In this document: positions 50,987 through 60,136 of the stretch, in pieces
How positions within the stretch are numbered: position 1 is the stretch's first letter
Layout: each line of letters starts with the position of its first letter
Origin: an uncultured bacterium
GTDB lineage: Bacteria > Fidelibacterota > Marinisomatia > Marinisomatales > J089
Assembly (NCBI GenBank): GCA_964535735.1
Contig: CAZHTM010000008.1
Span: 8,707-72,706 of the forward strand
Direction of reading: 5' to 3'
Length of the DNA: 64,000 nucleotides
Position numbers and translations under genes: made by a program
Notes under the pieces: generated by a model
What the model saw: only the letters and a program-made list of their open reading frames with translations
Databases searched by the model: none
Told to the model about the DNA's origin: nothing

Positions 50987-51931
50987 ATGAACGACCGGGT
51001 CTTGGATCAAATACGTTCCAATAACCACCGCGCTATTTCCCGGTTGATTACTCAAATTGAATCTGGTTCTGAAATCTTAGAAGCGGACTTTTCCAATTTG
51101 TTTTACTATTCTCATGAATCAGTACGAATTGGTATAACCGGTCCTCCAGGAGCAGGGAAAAGCACCCTCATCGATCGTCTTGTAATTCATTTACTGGAAA
51201 AAGATCTTTCTGTTGGAGTTGTGGCTGTGGACCCCACCAGTCCATTTACGGGGGGCGCTTTACTTGGCGATCGGGTTCGGATGAACCATTTTTTCGGGGA
51301 TCCACGAGTTTTTATTCGCAGTATGGGCTCCCAAGGCGATTTGGGTGGTCTGGCAAAAAAAGCCCAGGATGTGGGGGACGTGTTAGCAGCCAGCGGAAAA
51401 GATATCATTCTCTTCGAAACCGTCGGAGTTGGACAGGGAGAACATGATATAATCAAGGCCGTGGATTTCACAGTGGTAGTGTTGGTGCCGGAATCGGGCG
51501 ATGAAATTCAATTAATGAAGGCTGGTTTAATCGAATTAGCCGACGCCTTTATTATCAATAAATCGGACCGGGATGGTGCTGATCGACTAGCGCAGACCTT
51601 GGAAAATATTTTACAGAATTATTCTCAACAGGCCAAACGCATTCCTGCTGTGTATCGGACTATTGCTAGCCAGGATAAAGGTGTAGTGGAAGCTCTGGAT
51701 GGCATTTTAGCGTCGATTGAAGCTGAAAAAGCAACAGGCCAATTTGATCAGCGCCGGATTCGCCGTCATCGGCAACGGGTATCCACACTCATTCGCGAGC
51801 GATTGCTCAAATCCTTTTGGTCGGAAAGCAGGGAATCCCATTTATTCAAAGAGACGAGCTCTATTGATTCTGTTAAACGATCACCTTACGAAATCGCGAA
51901 ACAACTTATGAAATCCATGGACCATGAGTGA
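50987..51931 (+). CDS. meaB: MeaB/ArgK-type G3E GTPase (methylmalonyl-CoA mutase-associated family)
   Basis: It carries GITGPPGAGKSTLI, AVDPTSPFTGGALLGDR, ETVGVGQ and the NKSD-type NKxD motif (IINKSD). Confidence 0.8.
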   Translation: MNDRVLDQIRSNNHRAISRLITQIESGSEILEADFSNLFYYSHESVRIGITGPPGAGKSTLIDRLVIHLLEKDLSVGVVAVDPTSPFTGGALLGDRVRMNHFFGDPRVFIRSMGSQGDLGGLAKKAQDVGDVLAASGKDIILFETVGVGQGEHDIIKAVDFTVVVLVPESGDEIQLMKAGLIELADAFIINKSDRDGADRLAQTLENILQNYSQQAKRIPAVYRTIASQDKGVVEALDGILASIEAEKATGQFDQRRIRRHRQRVSTLIRERLLKSFWSESRESHLFKETSSIDSVKRSPYEIAKQLMKSMDHE

Positions 51932-52664
51932 CCCCTTTAAAACCATGTCCTTTTTAGACCACCTGGAAGAATTGCGGTGGCGATTAATCAAATCCCTGAT
52001 CGCCATTATCGTCGGAGCCAGTATTACGTTTTTATTCATCGATCAAATTATTGATATTCTCATTCGTCCCACTCGCAGTGTCAGTCGGGATATGATTCTT
52101 CAGGTTCTCACGGTTCAGGGCATGTTTATGATCAAGTGGGGCTTGGCGATTGTGGGGGGAGTCGTTCTGGCTATACCGGTATTGACCTACCAATTATGGC
52201 GATTCATATCCCCCGGATTGTACAAGGATGAAAAGAAATACATCCTGCCAGTCATATTGTTTACGTTTATCTCGTTTTTAGTTGGCATTGTCTTCGCTTA
52301 CCAAGTCATTATTCCGTTTTCCTTGAATTTCTTTACGTCCATGGGATATGGTGAAATCCAAACCAATATTTCCATTAATTATTATTTCAGTTTCATCGTT
52401 TGGCTAATGTTGGGATCAGGTATCATATTTGAATTTCCTATAGTATCCTATATTCTCGGTAAAGTTGGTATCTTAACAGCCCAGGGTATGCGAAAATATC
52501 GCAGACATGCGATTGTATTTATCATGGTTTTGTCGGCCTTCATTACTCCTCCAGATCCGATCAGTATGATAATAATGACGGTTCCGTTAATCTTGCTCTA
52601 TGAAATCAGTATCGGTGTTGTTTGGGTCGGGACCCGCAAGAACCGTGAATTGCAGAATATATAA
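51924..52664 (+). CDS. tatC: twin-arginine translocase subunit TatC
   Basis: It carries MSFLDHLEELRWRLIKS, six TM segments, and LWRFISPGLYKDEK. It has an 8-nt ATGAGTGA overlap with meaB. Confidence 0.9.
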   Translation: MSDPFKTMSFLDHLEELRWRLIKSLIAIIVGASITFLFIDQIIDILIRPTRSVSRDMILQVLTVQGMFMIKWGLAIVGGVVLAIPVLTYQLWRFISPGLYKDEKKYILPVILFTFISFLVGIVFAYQVIIPFSLNFFTSMGYGEIQTNISINYYFSFIVWLMLGSGIIFEFPIVSYILGKVGILTAQGMRKYRRHAIVFIMVLSAFITPPDPISMIIMTVPLILLYEISIGVVWVGTRKNRELQNI

Positions 52665-53653
52665 TGTCCGCTTCCACCATTCAGCTCTCTGACATCATCC
52701 AACCGGTTAAGGAAGACTTAAAAGGATTTAATCGTGAATTTGATGCTGCGTTGCACAGTGATGTTACCTTAATCAATACCATTGGAAAATTCCTGATCAA
52801 AACAAAAGGGAAGCATTTTCGACCGGTAGTTACATTGTTAGCGTCCAGGGTCTGCGGAACACCAAGCGAAAATACTTACAGGGCGGCCGCCATGATTGAA
52901 TTGCTACATTTGGCAACGCTTGTCCATGATGACGTGGTGGACGAAGCCAAATTGCGTCGTGGATGGCCCTCTACCAATCGTATCTGGAAAAACAAACTTT
53001 CGGTTCTCATGGGTGATTATATTTTAAGTAAATCATTGATTTACATGATTCGCCTCCGAAGTTTTGAAGCTCTGGAAGCTATTGCTGCCACGGCCGAATT
53101 GTTAAGCGCCGGTGAAATCCTTCAAATAGAGAAGAGTTTGAAACGGAGATTGACTGAAGACGTCTATTTCCAAATGATAGCTCAAAAAACGGCATCCCTG
53201 GTGGCAACCAGTGCCGAATTGGGTGCCATTACCACCTCAGGCAAGGACGATGATCGCCAGAGTATGCATAACTATGGTATGAATCTGGGAATTGCATTTC
53301 AAATTAAGGATGATCTGTTTGATTTGTTGGGAAGTGAGGCAGATACGGGGAAAGACATGGGAGCCGATGTAAAACGGAATATGATGACCTTGCCCGTTAT
53401 ATACACCCTGGATACAGGTGACGTTGCCCAGCGTCGTCAGATTCGCTCGTTGTTAAAGAAAGCGAAAAAATCCAATCGATCGCTGAACGATCTAAAAGAC
53501 TTCATCACATCCTTGGGCGGAATTGATCATGCTAAGAAACGAATTCAGGAATATTCCGATCGTGCCCGCGAATCTATAAAGGTTTATCCTGATTCACCTT
53601 ACAAACAGGCCATGGAACAATTGCTGGACTTTAATGCCCAGAGAATCAAATAG
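52664..53653 (+). CDS. ispB: long-chain polyprenyl diphosphate synthase (IspB-like)
   Basis: The first DDxxD is LVHDDVVD and the second is FQIKDDLFD. It also has GKHFRP and a KT-type block (MIAQKTASL). Product chain length cannot be read from the sequence. Confidence 0.8.
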   Translation: MSASTIQLSDIIQPVKEDLKGFNREFDAALHSDVTLINTIGKFLIKTKGKHFRPVVTLLASRVCGTPSENTYRAAAMIELLHLATLVHDDVVDEAKLRRGWPSTNRIWKNKLSVLMGDYILSKSLIYMIRLRSFEALEAIAATAELLSAGEILQIEKSLKRRLTEDVYFQMIAQKTASLVATSAELGAITTSGKDDDRQSMHNYGMNLGIAFQIKDDLFDLLGSEADTGKDMGADVKRNMMTLPVIYTLDTGDVAQRRQIRSLLKKAKKSNRSLNDLKDFITSLGGIDHAKKRIQEYSDRARESIKVYPDSPYKQAMEQLLDFNAQRIK

Positions 53654-53664
53654 GGTCAGGTTCC

Positions 53665-54666
53665 TTGAAACACATATTGCTGGTTCGCTTTTCTTCTATT
53701 GGTGACTTGGTTCAAAGCACAGCCGTTTTGGCTCCTCTTAAACGCCAATACCCCAATAGCCGTTTCTTCTTTATGACTCTAGAATCCTATGCCCCGCTTT
53801 TGGAACAACATCCCCTCATCGATGAAATTATTTGTGTTTCCCGGTCCCTCAATCTGGCGGGTTTGCGACGGCTAGGACATCATCTACACACGATGGATTT
53901 CGATCTTATTTTTGATCTCCATAACAGTTTACGTTCACGTATTATTTTATCGGCTCTATCGGATTTAGAGCTTTACCGGGTAAAAAAACCACGTTTAAAT
54001 CGTTGGCTATTTGTACAATGGCATTATAATCGGTTTTCCGATGATTGGTCGTATCGGAAAATGTTTTTGGAACCGTTAATGGCCGCGGGTATTCCTGTAT
54101 CTGGTGAATCGTTACCGTCCCTGGTTGTGTCGGAAGGTGAGATGGTACTTAATCGGAAAATGTTGGAGAATGAGGGCGTGCACGGTGAATATTTTGTTTG
54201 TGTCCCCGGAGCGGCCTGGCCCCAAAAATCGCTTGGTGTAGAGTCCTACCTACAAGCTTTTCAACCTTTCCGTGATCTTCCTTTGGTGATATTAGGTTCC
54301 GCCCGCGATGCAATCTGTTTTCAGCTTGCCGAGGCCTTGCCGAACAGCGTGAATTTAGCAGGGAAGACGTCGCTTCGATCGGCATTATCCATTCTCAAAG
54401 GAGCACGAACGGTGATAGGAAGTGACACAGGACTGGTTCACGCTGCGGAGGCTTTGGGAAAACCCGTCGTGATGATTCTAGGTCCCACCACCCGGGAAAT
54501 GGGCGCCGGTTCTTGGCGTCCAGAATCGACCGATGTGGAGGTTTCACTGTGGTGCCGTCCCTGTTCGCAAAATGGGAAACGGCCTTGTTACCGCCGCGAA
54601 CAATACTGTTTGACTCAAATCGATCCGCTCCGAATTACCAACGCTATCCGAGGAACAGCAGCGTGA
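53665..54666 (+). CDS. glycosyltransferase family 9 (LPS heptosyltransferase-like)
   Basis: It has a TTG start. It carries ILLVRFSSIGDLVQ, PGAAWPQK and GSDTGLVHAAEALGKPVV. Confidence 0.8.
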   Translation: MKHILLVRFSSIGDLVQSTAVLAPLKRQYPNSRFFFMTLESYAPLLEQHPLIDEIICVSRSLNLAGLRRLGHHLHTMDFDLIFDLHNSLRSRIILSALSDLELYRVKKPRLNRWLFVQWHYNRFSDDWSYRKMFLEPLMAAGIPVSGESLPSLVVSEGEMVLNRKMLENEGVHGEYFVCVPGAAWPQKSLGVESYLQAFQPFRDLPLVILGSARDAICFQLAEALPNSVNLAGKTSLRSALSILKGARTVIGSDTGLVHAAEALGKPVVMILGPTTREMGAGSWRPESTDVEVSLWCRPCSQNGKRPCYRREQYCLTQIDPLRITNAIRGTAA

Positions 54667-55952
54667 AAAAAGTTTTCTGGATGATTGCCTATAATCTGGT
54701 GATTTTCCCGCTTCTTTACGGTGCGGCTTGGGTGGCTAAATTCTTCCATCCTAAATTGCGAGCGGGGTATGAGGGACGACATAAATCCATTGCCACCTTG
54801 CGGGACTACTTTGCTTCTGTACCATCCTATGTAACGGTTTACTGGTTTCATGCCGCTTCATTTGGCGAATTTGAGCAAATCCGACCCATCCTCAAGGGTC
54901 TAAAGGAAATTGAACCTCAATGTAAAGCAGTAGTGAGCTTCTTTTCGCCCTCTGGATATAACCATGTTCATGATGAAAATATTGACTGTAAGATTTACCT
55001 GCCGTTCGATTTTCCACTCACCATTCGAAAAGCATTGAAAATCACTCGACCTAAAAAAGTGATCCTGGCTTCCTATGATACCTGGCCTAATTTTATTTGG
55101 GTTGCCCATCATCGGAAAATTCATACCAATATTTTTGCCGCTCGATTTGCCTCGAAAACACGAAAATTACTACCGGGACTTCGGAGCTTTTACCGCAGTG
55201 TGTATCAGAGCTTTGACACCATTTATACCATCACCGATGAAGATTACCTTACGGTTCAGAAATTACTTACGGATCGTTCTCATCCCTTGGTGAGAGTGCT
55301 TGGAAATCCCCGTTATGATCAAGTGAAACAAAAAGCGGATCAGTTCACTGAAAAGCGGACGATTTCGGTGTTACTTCGGGAAAAACGTATTATTGCGGGA
55401 AGTATCAGTTCCCACGATCAGAGCGTGATTGCAAAACCCTTGATTGATCTGTTGAACCAGGAAAAATCACTGTCACTTTACTGGGTTCCTCATGAGCCTA
55501 CAGACAAAGCTGTACAAGACGGAGTGCAGCTCTTTGAATCGGCCGGTTTGAAAACCCAGGTAATCCGATCAAAGAAACGGGTCGGATTGAATAATGGGGT
55601 CCAGGTAGGCATTATCGCCGTAGTAGGTGTTCTTTACCGATTGTATTGGCAGGGCCAAATTGCCTACGTGGGCGGTGGATTTTCCACGGGTGTCCACAAT
55701 GTCATGGAACCGGCCATCGCTCGGTTACCGGTAATTTTCGGTCCAAAATACCAGAACTTTCCAGAAGCGATCGATCTTGCGGAATCAGGCGGTGGATTTC
55801 CCATTCGTACTGCGGAGGAATTCGGTCAAATCATCCGCCAATTATTGTTTGATAAAAATGCGTTTATTAAGGCCAGTTTCTCATCCACAGATGTCATCCA
55901 TCGGAATTTAGGATCCTCAACACGGATCGTACGGAGTATTCTCCGTGACTAA
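54663..55952 (+). CDS. waaA: 3-deoxy-D-manno-octulosonic acid (Kdo) transferase
   Basis: The in-frame GTG at 54663 gives a 4-nt GTGA overlap with the GT9 stop (the ATG at 54681 is an alternative). It carries WFHAASFGEFEQIRPIL and YVGGGF...HNVMEPA. The track start at 54513 lies deep inside the GT9 gene. Confidence 0.85.
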   Translation: MKKVFWMIAYNLVIFPLLYGAAWVAKFFHPKLRAGYEGRHKSIATLRDYFASVPSYVTVYWFHAASFGEFEQIRPILKGLKEIEPQCKAVVSFFSPSGYNHVHDENIDCKIYLPFDFPLTIRKALKITRPKKVILASYDTWPNFIWVAHHRKIHTNIFAARFASKTRKLLPGLRSFYRSVYQSFDTIYTITDEDYLTVQKLLTDRSHPLVRVLGNPRYDQVKQKADQFTEKRTISVLLREKRIIAGSISSHDQSVIAKPLIDLLNQEKSLSLYWVPHEPTDKAVQDGVQLFESAGLKTQVIRSKKRVGLNNGVQVGIIAVVGVLYRLYWQGQIAYVGGGFSTGVHNVMEPAIARLPVIFGPKYQNFPEAIDLAESGGGFPIRTAEEFGQIIRQLLFDKNAFIKASFSSTDVIHRNLGSSTRIVRSILRD

Positions 55953-57282
55953 ATCAATTGGGTTTACGCTACGATTTCCCCACTTTGAAGAAGAATCACA
56001 AAAACGATCTTTTTCTACCGGAATTCATGTTATCTACGGAGAAGCAGGCGTCGGGAAATCAGCTTTCGCGCGAATCCTAGCGGGACATACGGTAAATGAA
56101 CCAGTCAATTTTGTGCTGGAGGATTACCAACCACCGGAGCACTGTTTTTTTATTCCTCAGAATCCCGAAAATCAATTTGTCACCTCCACCGTAGCGGATG
56201 AACTGGCATTTTCTCTGGAATGCCAACCTGGGGACCCTAAAATCCTTCGTCAACAGTATGCCGCGCTCGATCGTCTCATTCCGGACTCCATCAATCGTCA
56301 AATACACCCGGTAAACTTGAGTGGCGGAGAAAAGGAACTTTTAAATCTGGTGCTGGCACAGGTGGAGCCCCAGGATGTAGTGGTTATCGACGATGGATTT
56401 TCATTCCTGAATGATGATGTAAAACCGGATTGGGTACATAGGATGGACGATTGGTCCCGTACCACGGGCGCCGTAATCTTTTGGTTTACCTCTGAATGGG
56501 ACGATTTAAAATGGGGTCAGACGAAATGGGAATTATCCTTATCGGGATTACATCCAGTTTCAGACATTGCCAAACATTCGTATCCAAAGAATGCTGCAGT
56601 AACGGGAACCATGTCGATTACCATTGACCAATTATCTTTTGGGTATCAACCGGATCACCCAATCCTCGATAATCTCAGTTTTCGAGGGAAGCAGATTGCT
56701 CATCTTGGGATTACCGGTCCCAATGGGTCCGGGAAAACCACGTTGGCGCTTCTGATGATGAATATTCTCTCCCCGGAACGTGGCTCCGTTTCCTTAAGTT
56801 TGGATTCCTATTGCAAGCCCTGTTATATGGATCAGTTTCCGGAACGCATGCTTGGAGTTGGAACAGTGGAGGAGTGGATTCAGGAATTATTGAGCGCCAA
56901 CCTGCTTTCAGTAGCCAATTTGGAGCTCATTAAATCTGTGTTGGAACAATTCCAGATTCCGTGGTCCACGGCCAAGAAGAAAATGGCGCTGGACCTGTCG
57001 TGGAGTACCCTAAGAACGATGATCATTGTGGTCTTGTCCTATGCCGATTTTGATCCCATTATTTTGGATGAACCAACCTTTGGATTGGGGTGGCGACAAC
57101 GAGTAATTTTACAACGCTTTCTTCTACGAAAAATGCATACGAAACATACGATCATTATTTCCCATGATCGAAAATTCATTCAGGCCATGTGTGACCACAT
57201 TTTGACTCTGAAAACACCGACCGGAATGAATGAACCAGATAAAAAAGATTATGTCGAAGCCCGAAAAAGTAAAAATAACTGA
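55945..57282 (+). CDS. tandem (two-NBD) ABC-type ATPase with one degenerate site, no adjacent permease
   Basis: The N-half has GEAGVGKS, LSGGEKE and VVVIDDG. The C-half has GPNGSGKTT, a degenerate signature LSWSTLR, ILDEPT and IISHD. It has a GTG start on a GTGACTAA overlap with waaA. Confidence 0.7.
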   Translation: MTKSIGFTLRFPHFEEESQKRSFSTGIHVIYGEAGVGKSAFARILAGHTVNEPVNFVLEDYQPPEHCFFIPQNPENQFVTSTVADELAFSLECQPGDPKILRQQYAALDRLIPDSINRQIHPVNLSGGEKELLNLVLAQVEPQDVVVIDDGFSFLNDDVKPDWVHRMDDWSRTTGAVIFWFTSEWDDLKWGQTKWELSLSGLHPVSDIAKHSYPKNAAVTGTMSITIDQLSFGYQPDHPILDNLSFRGKQIAHLGITGPNGSGKTTLALLMMNILSPERGSVSLSLDSYCKPCYMDQFPERMLGVGTVEEWIQELLSANLLSVANLELIKSVLEQFQIPWSTAKKKMALDLSWSTLRTMIIVVLSYADFDPIILDEPTFGLGWRQRVILQRFLLRKMHTKHTIIISHDRKFIQAMCDHILTLKTPTGMNEPDKKDYVEARKSKNN

Positions 57283-57823
57283 TCCAACCCGAGTCCTGAC
57301 TCTGGCGAATATGATCAGTCTTTTGCGGGCCGTTATGGCAATTCCCATTGTGTACTCTATCGCGGTGAAGGCCCATTGGGGACTCATTTTAAGCCTCATT
57401 TTGATCGCGATTGCCAGCGATGCCCTTGACGGTTATTTTGCACGCAAAGCTCACGAAGTCACACACTTAGGAAAGTGGTTGGACCCCATCGCCGATTTCA
57501 TCGTGATCATTACCGTCGTCTTTCACATGGTCCTCAATGGTATGTTTCCCCTTTGGTTTTTTATATTTTACTTGGTGCGTATCCTTTCAATTGCCTTACC
57601 GGCCATTTATCTCATCAATCACAACTCCCAGGTGCTGAGTGCTAATCGGATTGGTAAATGGTTTATCGCGTTTACGGCACTGACTGTGGCCTCCTATATC
57701 TTTCAATTGAACTCCTTGAATTTCCTGCACTTACCACTTATTGTGATTACGTTGATTTTGGGTGTAGTAAGCTGGATAGAATATTTACGCACCTTGATCC
57801 AAGAATTCCGGAACATTTCTTAA
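57251..57823 (+). CDS. CDP-alcohol phosphatidyltransferase family protein
   Basis: The family motif is DALDGYFARKAHEVTHLGKWLDPIADF (D-G-x2-A-R-x8-G-x3-D-x3-D). The protein is polytopic. The start is 57251 or 57230. Confidence 0.8.
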   Translation: MSKPEKVKITDPTRVLTLANMISLLRAVMAIPIVYSIAVKAHWGLILSLILIAIASDALDGYFARKAHEVTHLGKWLDPIADFIVIITVVFHMVLNGMFPLWFFIFYLVRILSIALPAIYLINHNSQVLSANRIGKWFIAFTALTVASYIFQLNSLNFLHLPLIVITLILGVVSWIEYLRTLIQEFRNIS

Positions 57824-57845
57824 TTCTCAATCATTAACCCGACCG

Positions 57846-58748
57846 ATGATTTTTACCTCAAAATTAAAGGCTGCCCTGAAATCCACCCGTGACTCGTTCG
57901 GGAAACTATTTTCTAGCACGCGACGCGATCGTTTAACCCCGGACCAATTGGATGAATTGGAGGAAAGTCTGTTGTTGGCGGACCTGGGAATGGAAACCGT
58001 AAGCCAGTTAATGGAATTGATCGAACGGGGACGGGGGCGAAAAACCTGGGACGATGTTCAGCGCTTTCTTTTGGAAACGTTGCATCATGGTGAAGTGGAC
58101 CTTTCCCAATTAAAGACTCCACTGGTAATTCTCGTGGTTGGGGTCAATGGAACCGGGAAAACCACCACCTCCGCTAAACTGGCTCGATGGTTTCGGGAAT
58201 CCGGGAAATCGGTGCTTCTCATTGGAGCGGATACATACCGGGCGGCGGCGATTGAACAACTGGAAATATGGTCACAGAGGCTGAATATTCGGCTTATTTC
58301 AAATCCCAAAACACAAGATCCCTCTTCGGTTGTTTTTGACGGATTGGAATCGGCCAGGCGGAATCAGACGGACGTAGTGATTGTGGATACGGCCGGGCGA
58401 CTCCATACGTCACGGAACCTTATGGTGGAGTTGGAAAAAATTGTACGGGTCGCGGACACCCGTTTTCCGGAATTCACCACAAAAACGCTGTTAACATTGG
58501 ACGCTAATCTGGGACAGAATTCGTTATCGCAAACCAGGCAATTCCAGGAATATATCAACTTAGATGGGGTTATCTTAACCAAAATGGATGGATCCGCCAA
58601 AGGGGGTGTTGTTTTTCCCGTTATTCGGAATTACCATCTTCCTGTGTGGTTCATCGGTACCGGCGAGCATCTGGATGACTTAGAACCGTTTGATGCTGAA
58701 TTGTATTTACAGGGCCTGATGGCTGAAGATGATGCTAATCATGAATGA
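57846..58748 (+). CDS. ftsY: signal recognition particle receptor FtsY (short form, NG domain only)
   Basis: It carries VGVNGTGKTTT, DTAGR, TKMDGSAKGG and GTGE. Confidence 0.9.
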   Translation: MIFTSKLKAALKSTRDSFGKLFSSTRRDRLTPDQLDELEESLLLADLGMETVSQLMELIERGRGRKTWDDVQRFLLETLHHGEVDLSQLKTPLVILVVGVNGTGKTTTSAKLARWFRESGKSVLLIGADTYRAAAIEQLEIWSQRLNIRLISNPKTQDPSSVVFDGLESARRNQTDVVIVDTAGRLHTSRNLMVELEKIVRVADTRFPEFTTKTLLTLDANLGQNSLSQTRQFQEYINLDGVILTKMDGSAKGGVVFPVIRNYHLPVWFIGTGEHLDDLEPFDAELYLQGLMAEDDANHE

Positions 58749-60048
58749 CCAAAAAATTCATTTAATCAGTTTGGGGTGCGCTAAAAATCTGGTGGACTCG
58801 GAAATCCTGACAGGAGGGATTAAAAAAGCCAATATTACCCTCACTCCTGATCCGGAAGCGGCAGATACGGTCATCATCAACACCTGTGGTTTTCTGGATC
58901 AAGCTAGGGAAGAATCTGTGGATGTGATTTTGGAGTCCTGTGAATTGAAGCGAACCGGAAAGATTCAGCGTCTAATCGTCATGGGATGTCTTTCAGAACG
59001 TTACCCGAGTCAGCTTAAGCAGGAATTACCGGAAGTAGACCACTTTTTCGGAACCAGTGATCATCACAAAATCCTTTCTTTACTGACCGGAAAAGAATAT
59101 TCCCAGGACGATCCCATGTTTCTTCGCTCCCTGTTAACGCCTTCCCATTATGCGTATGTGAAAATTGCCGAGGGATGTGATAATGGGTGTTCCTTCTGTA
59201 GTATACCTCAAATGCGCGGACTACAGGTTAGTCGTCCTATTGATTCCATCGTAACCGAAGTTCAGCAACTCCAGGAACAAGGGGTCCGTGAATTTCTTAT
59301 CATCGCTCAGGACACAACGTCTTATGGGTGGGATTTAACTCCAAAAGTCTATCTCAGCGATTTATTGGACGCGCTGGACCCTGTTTTAGATTCCCAAACC
59401 TGGCTCAGGCTTCATTATGCCCATCCGGCGCATTTATCCCATCGAATCATCGAAGCCATGAGCCGAAATCGCGCTTTGGTTCCTTATTTGGATATGCCAG
59501 TGCAGCATGCGTCCGACCGGATTCTGGCGTCCATGCGGCGTGGGTTGAACCGGGAAGGGATCGAACGACGCATTTATCTTTTACGAGAGGCCATACCCGA
59601 CATTCGGCTCCGGACCACCTTGATTGTGGGGTATCCAGGGGAAACGGAAGAAGATTTTAAAGCGCTGTATGATTTTGTCGACTCCATGCGCTTTGATCGA
59701 CTAGGGGTGTTCACCTATTCAGAAGAAGAAGGCACCAGTGCGTTTGAGTTAGCCGATGATATTCCCCAAAAAGTGAAGGATGAGCGAAAGGCGCTGCTTC
59801 TGGATTTACAAAATGAAATCTCCTTGGAGAAGAACCAGGCATTGGTAGGGCAGACGCTATCGGTGATCGTGGATGAAGTGGGCACGGATACGTCTGTTGG
59901 TCGAACCCAATTTGATTCTCCCGAGGTGGATAATATTGTAAAAATCACCAGCCCGGAACGACCGGGATCATTTATTCACGTGACGATCACGGACGCCAAT
60001 GCCTATGAACTGACCGGACATCCCGTTTCAAAACGGGATGAATACTGA
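58741..60048 (+). CDS. rimO: ribosomal protein S12 methylthiotransferase RimO
   Basis: The start MNDQKIHLISLGCAKNLVDSE sits on an 8-nt ATGAATGA overlap with ftsY. It has the radical-SAM CxxxCxxC (CDNGCSFCSIP) and a C-terminal TRAM domain. Confidence 0.9.
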   Translation: MNDQKIHLISLGCAKNLVDSEILTGGIKKANITLTPDPEAADTVIINTCGFLDQAREESVDVILESCELKRTGKIQRLIVMGCLSERYPSQLKQELPEVDHFFGTSDHHKILSLLTGKEYSQDDPMFLRSLLTPSHYAYVKIAEGCDNGCSFCSIPQMRGLQVSRPIDSIVTEVQQLQEQGVREFLIIAQDTTSYGWDLTPKVYLSDLLDALDPVLDSQTWLRLHYAHPAHLSHRIIEAMSRNRALVPYLDMPVQHASDRILASMRRGLNREGIERRIYLLREAIPDIRLRTTLIVGYPGETEEDFKALYDFVDSMRFDRLGVFTYSEEEGTSAFELADDIPQKVKDERKALLLDLQNEISLEKNQALVGQTLSVIVDEVGTDTSVGRTQFDSPEVDNIVKITSPERPGSFIHVTITDANAYELTGHPVSKRDEY

Positions 60049-60136
60049 CCATTTTCTGTTTACGCCTATCCTTGAACCCATATCTCCATTCTCTGCCATT
60101 GCTTCGGGTGAATAGTTCGACGTAATTTTTGTCGAT

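Noticed and set aside
60049-60136. Possible SOS (LexA) box upstream of uvrB.
   Set aside because: The closest strings (GAATAGTTC, CTGT...ATCC) do not fit either CTGT-N8-ACAG or GAAC-N4-GTTC spacing.
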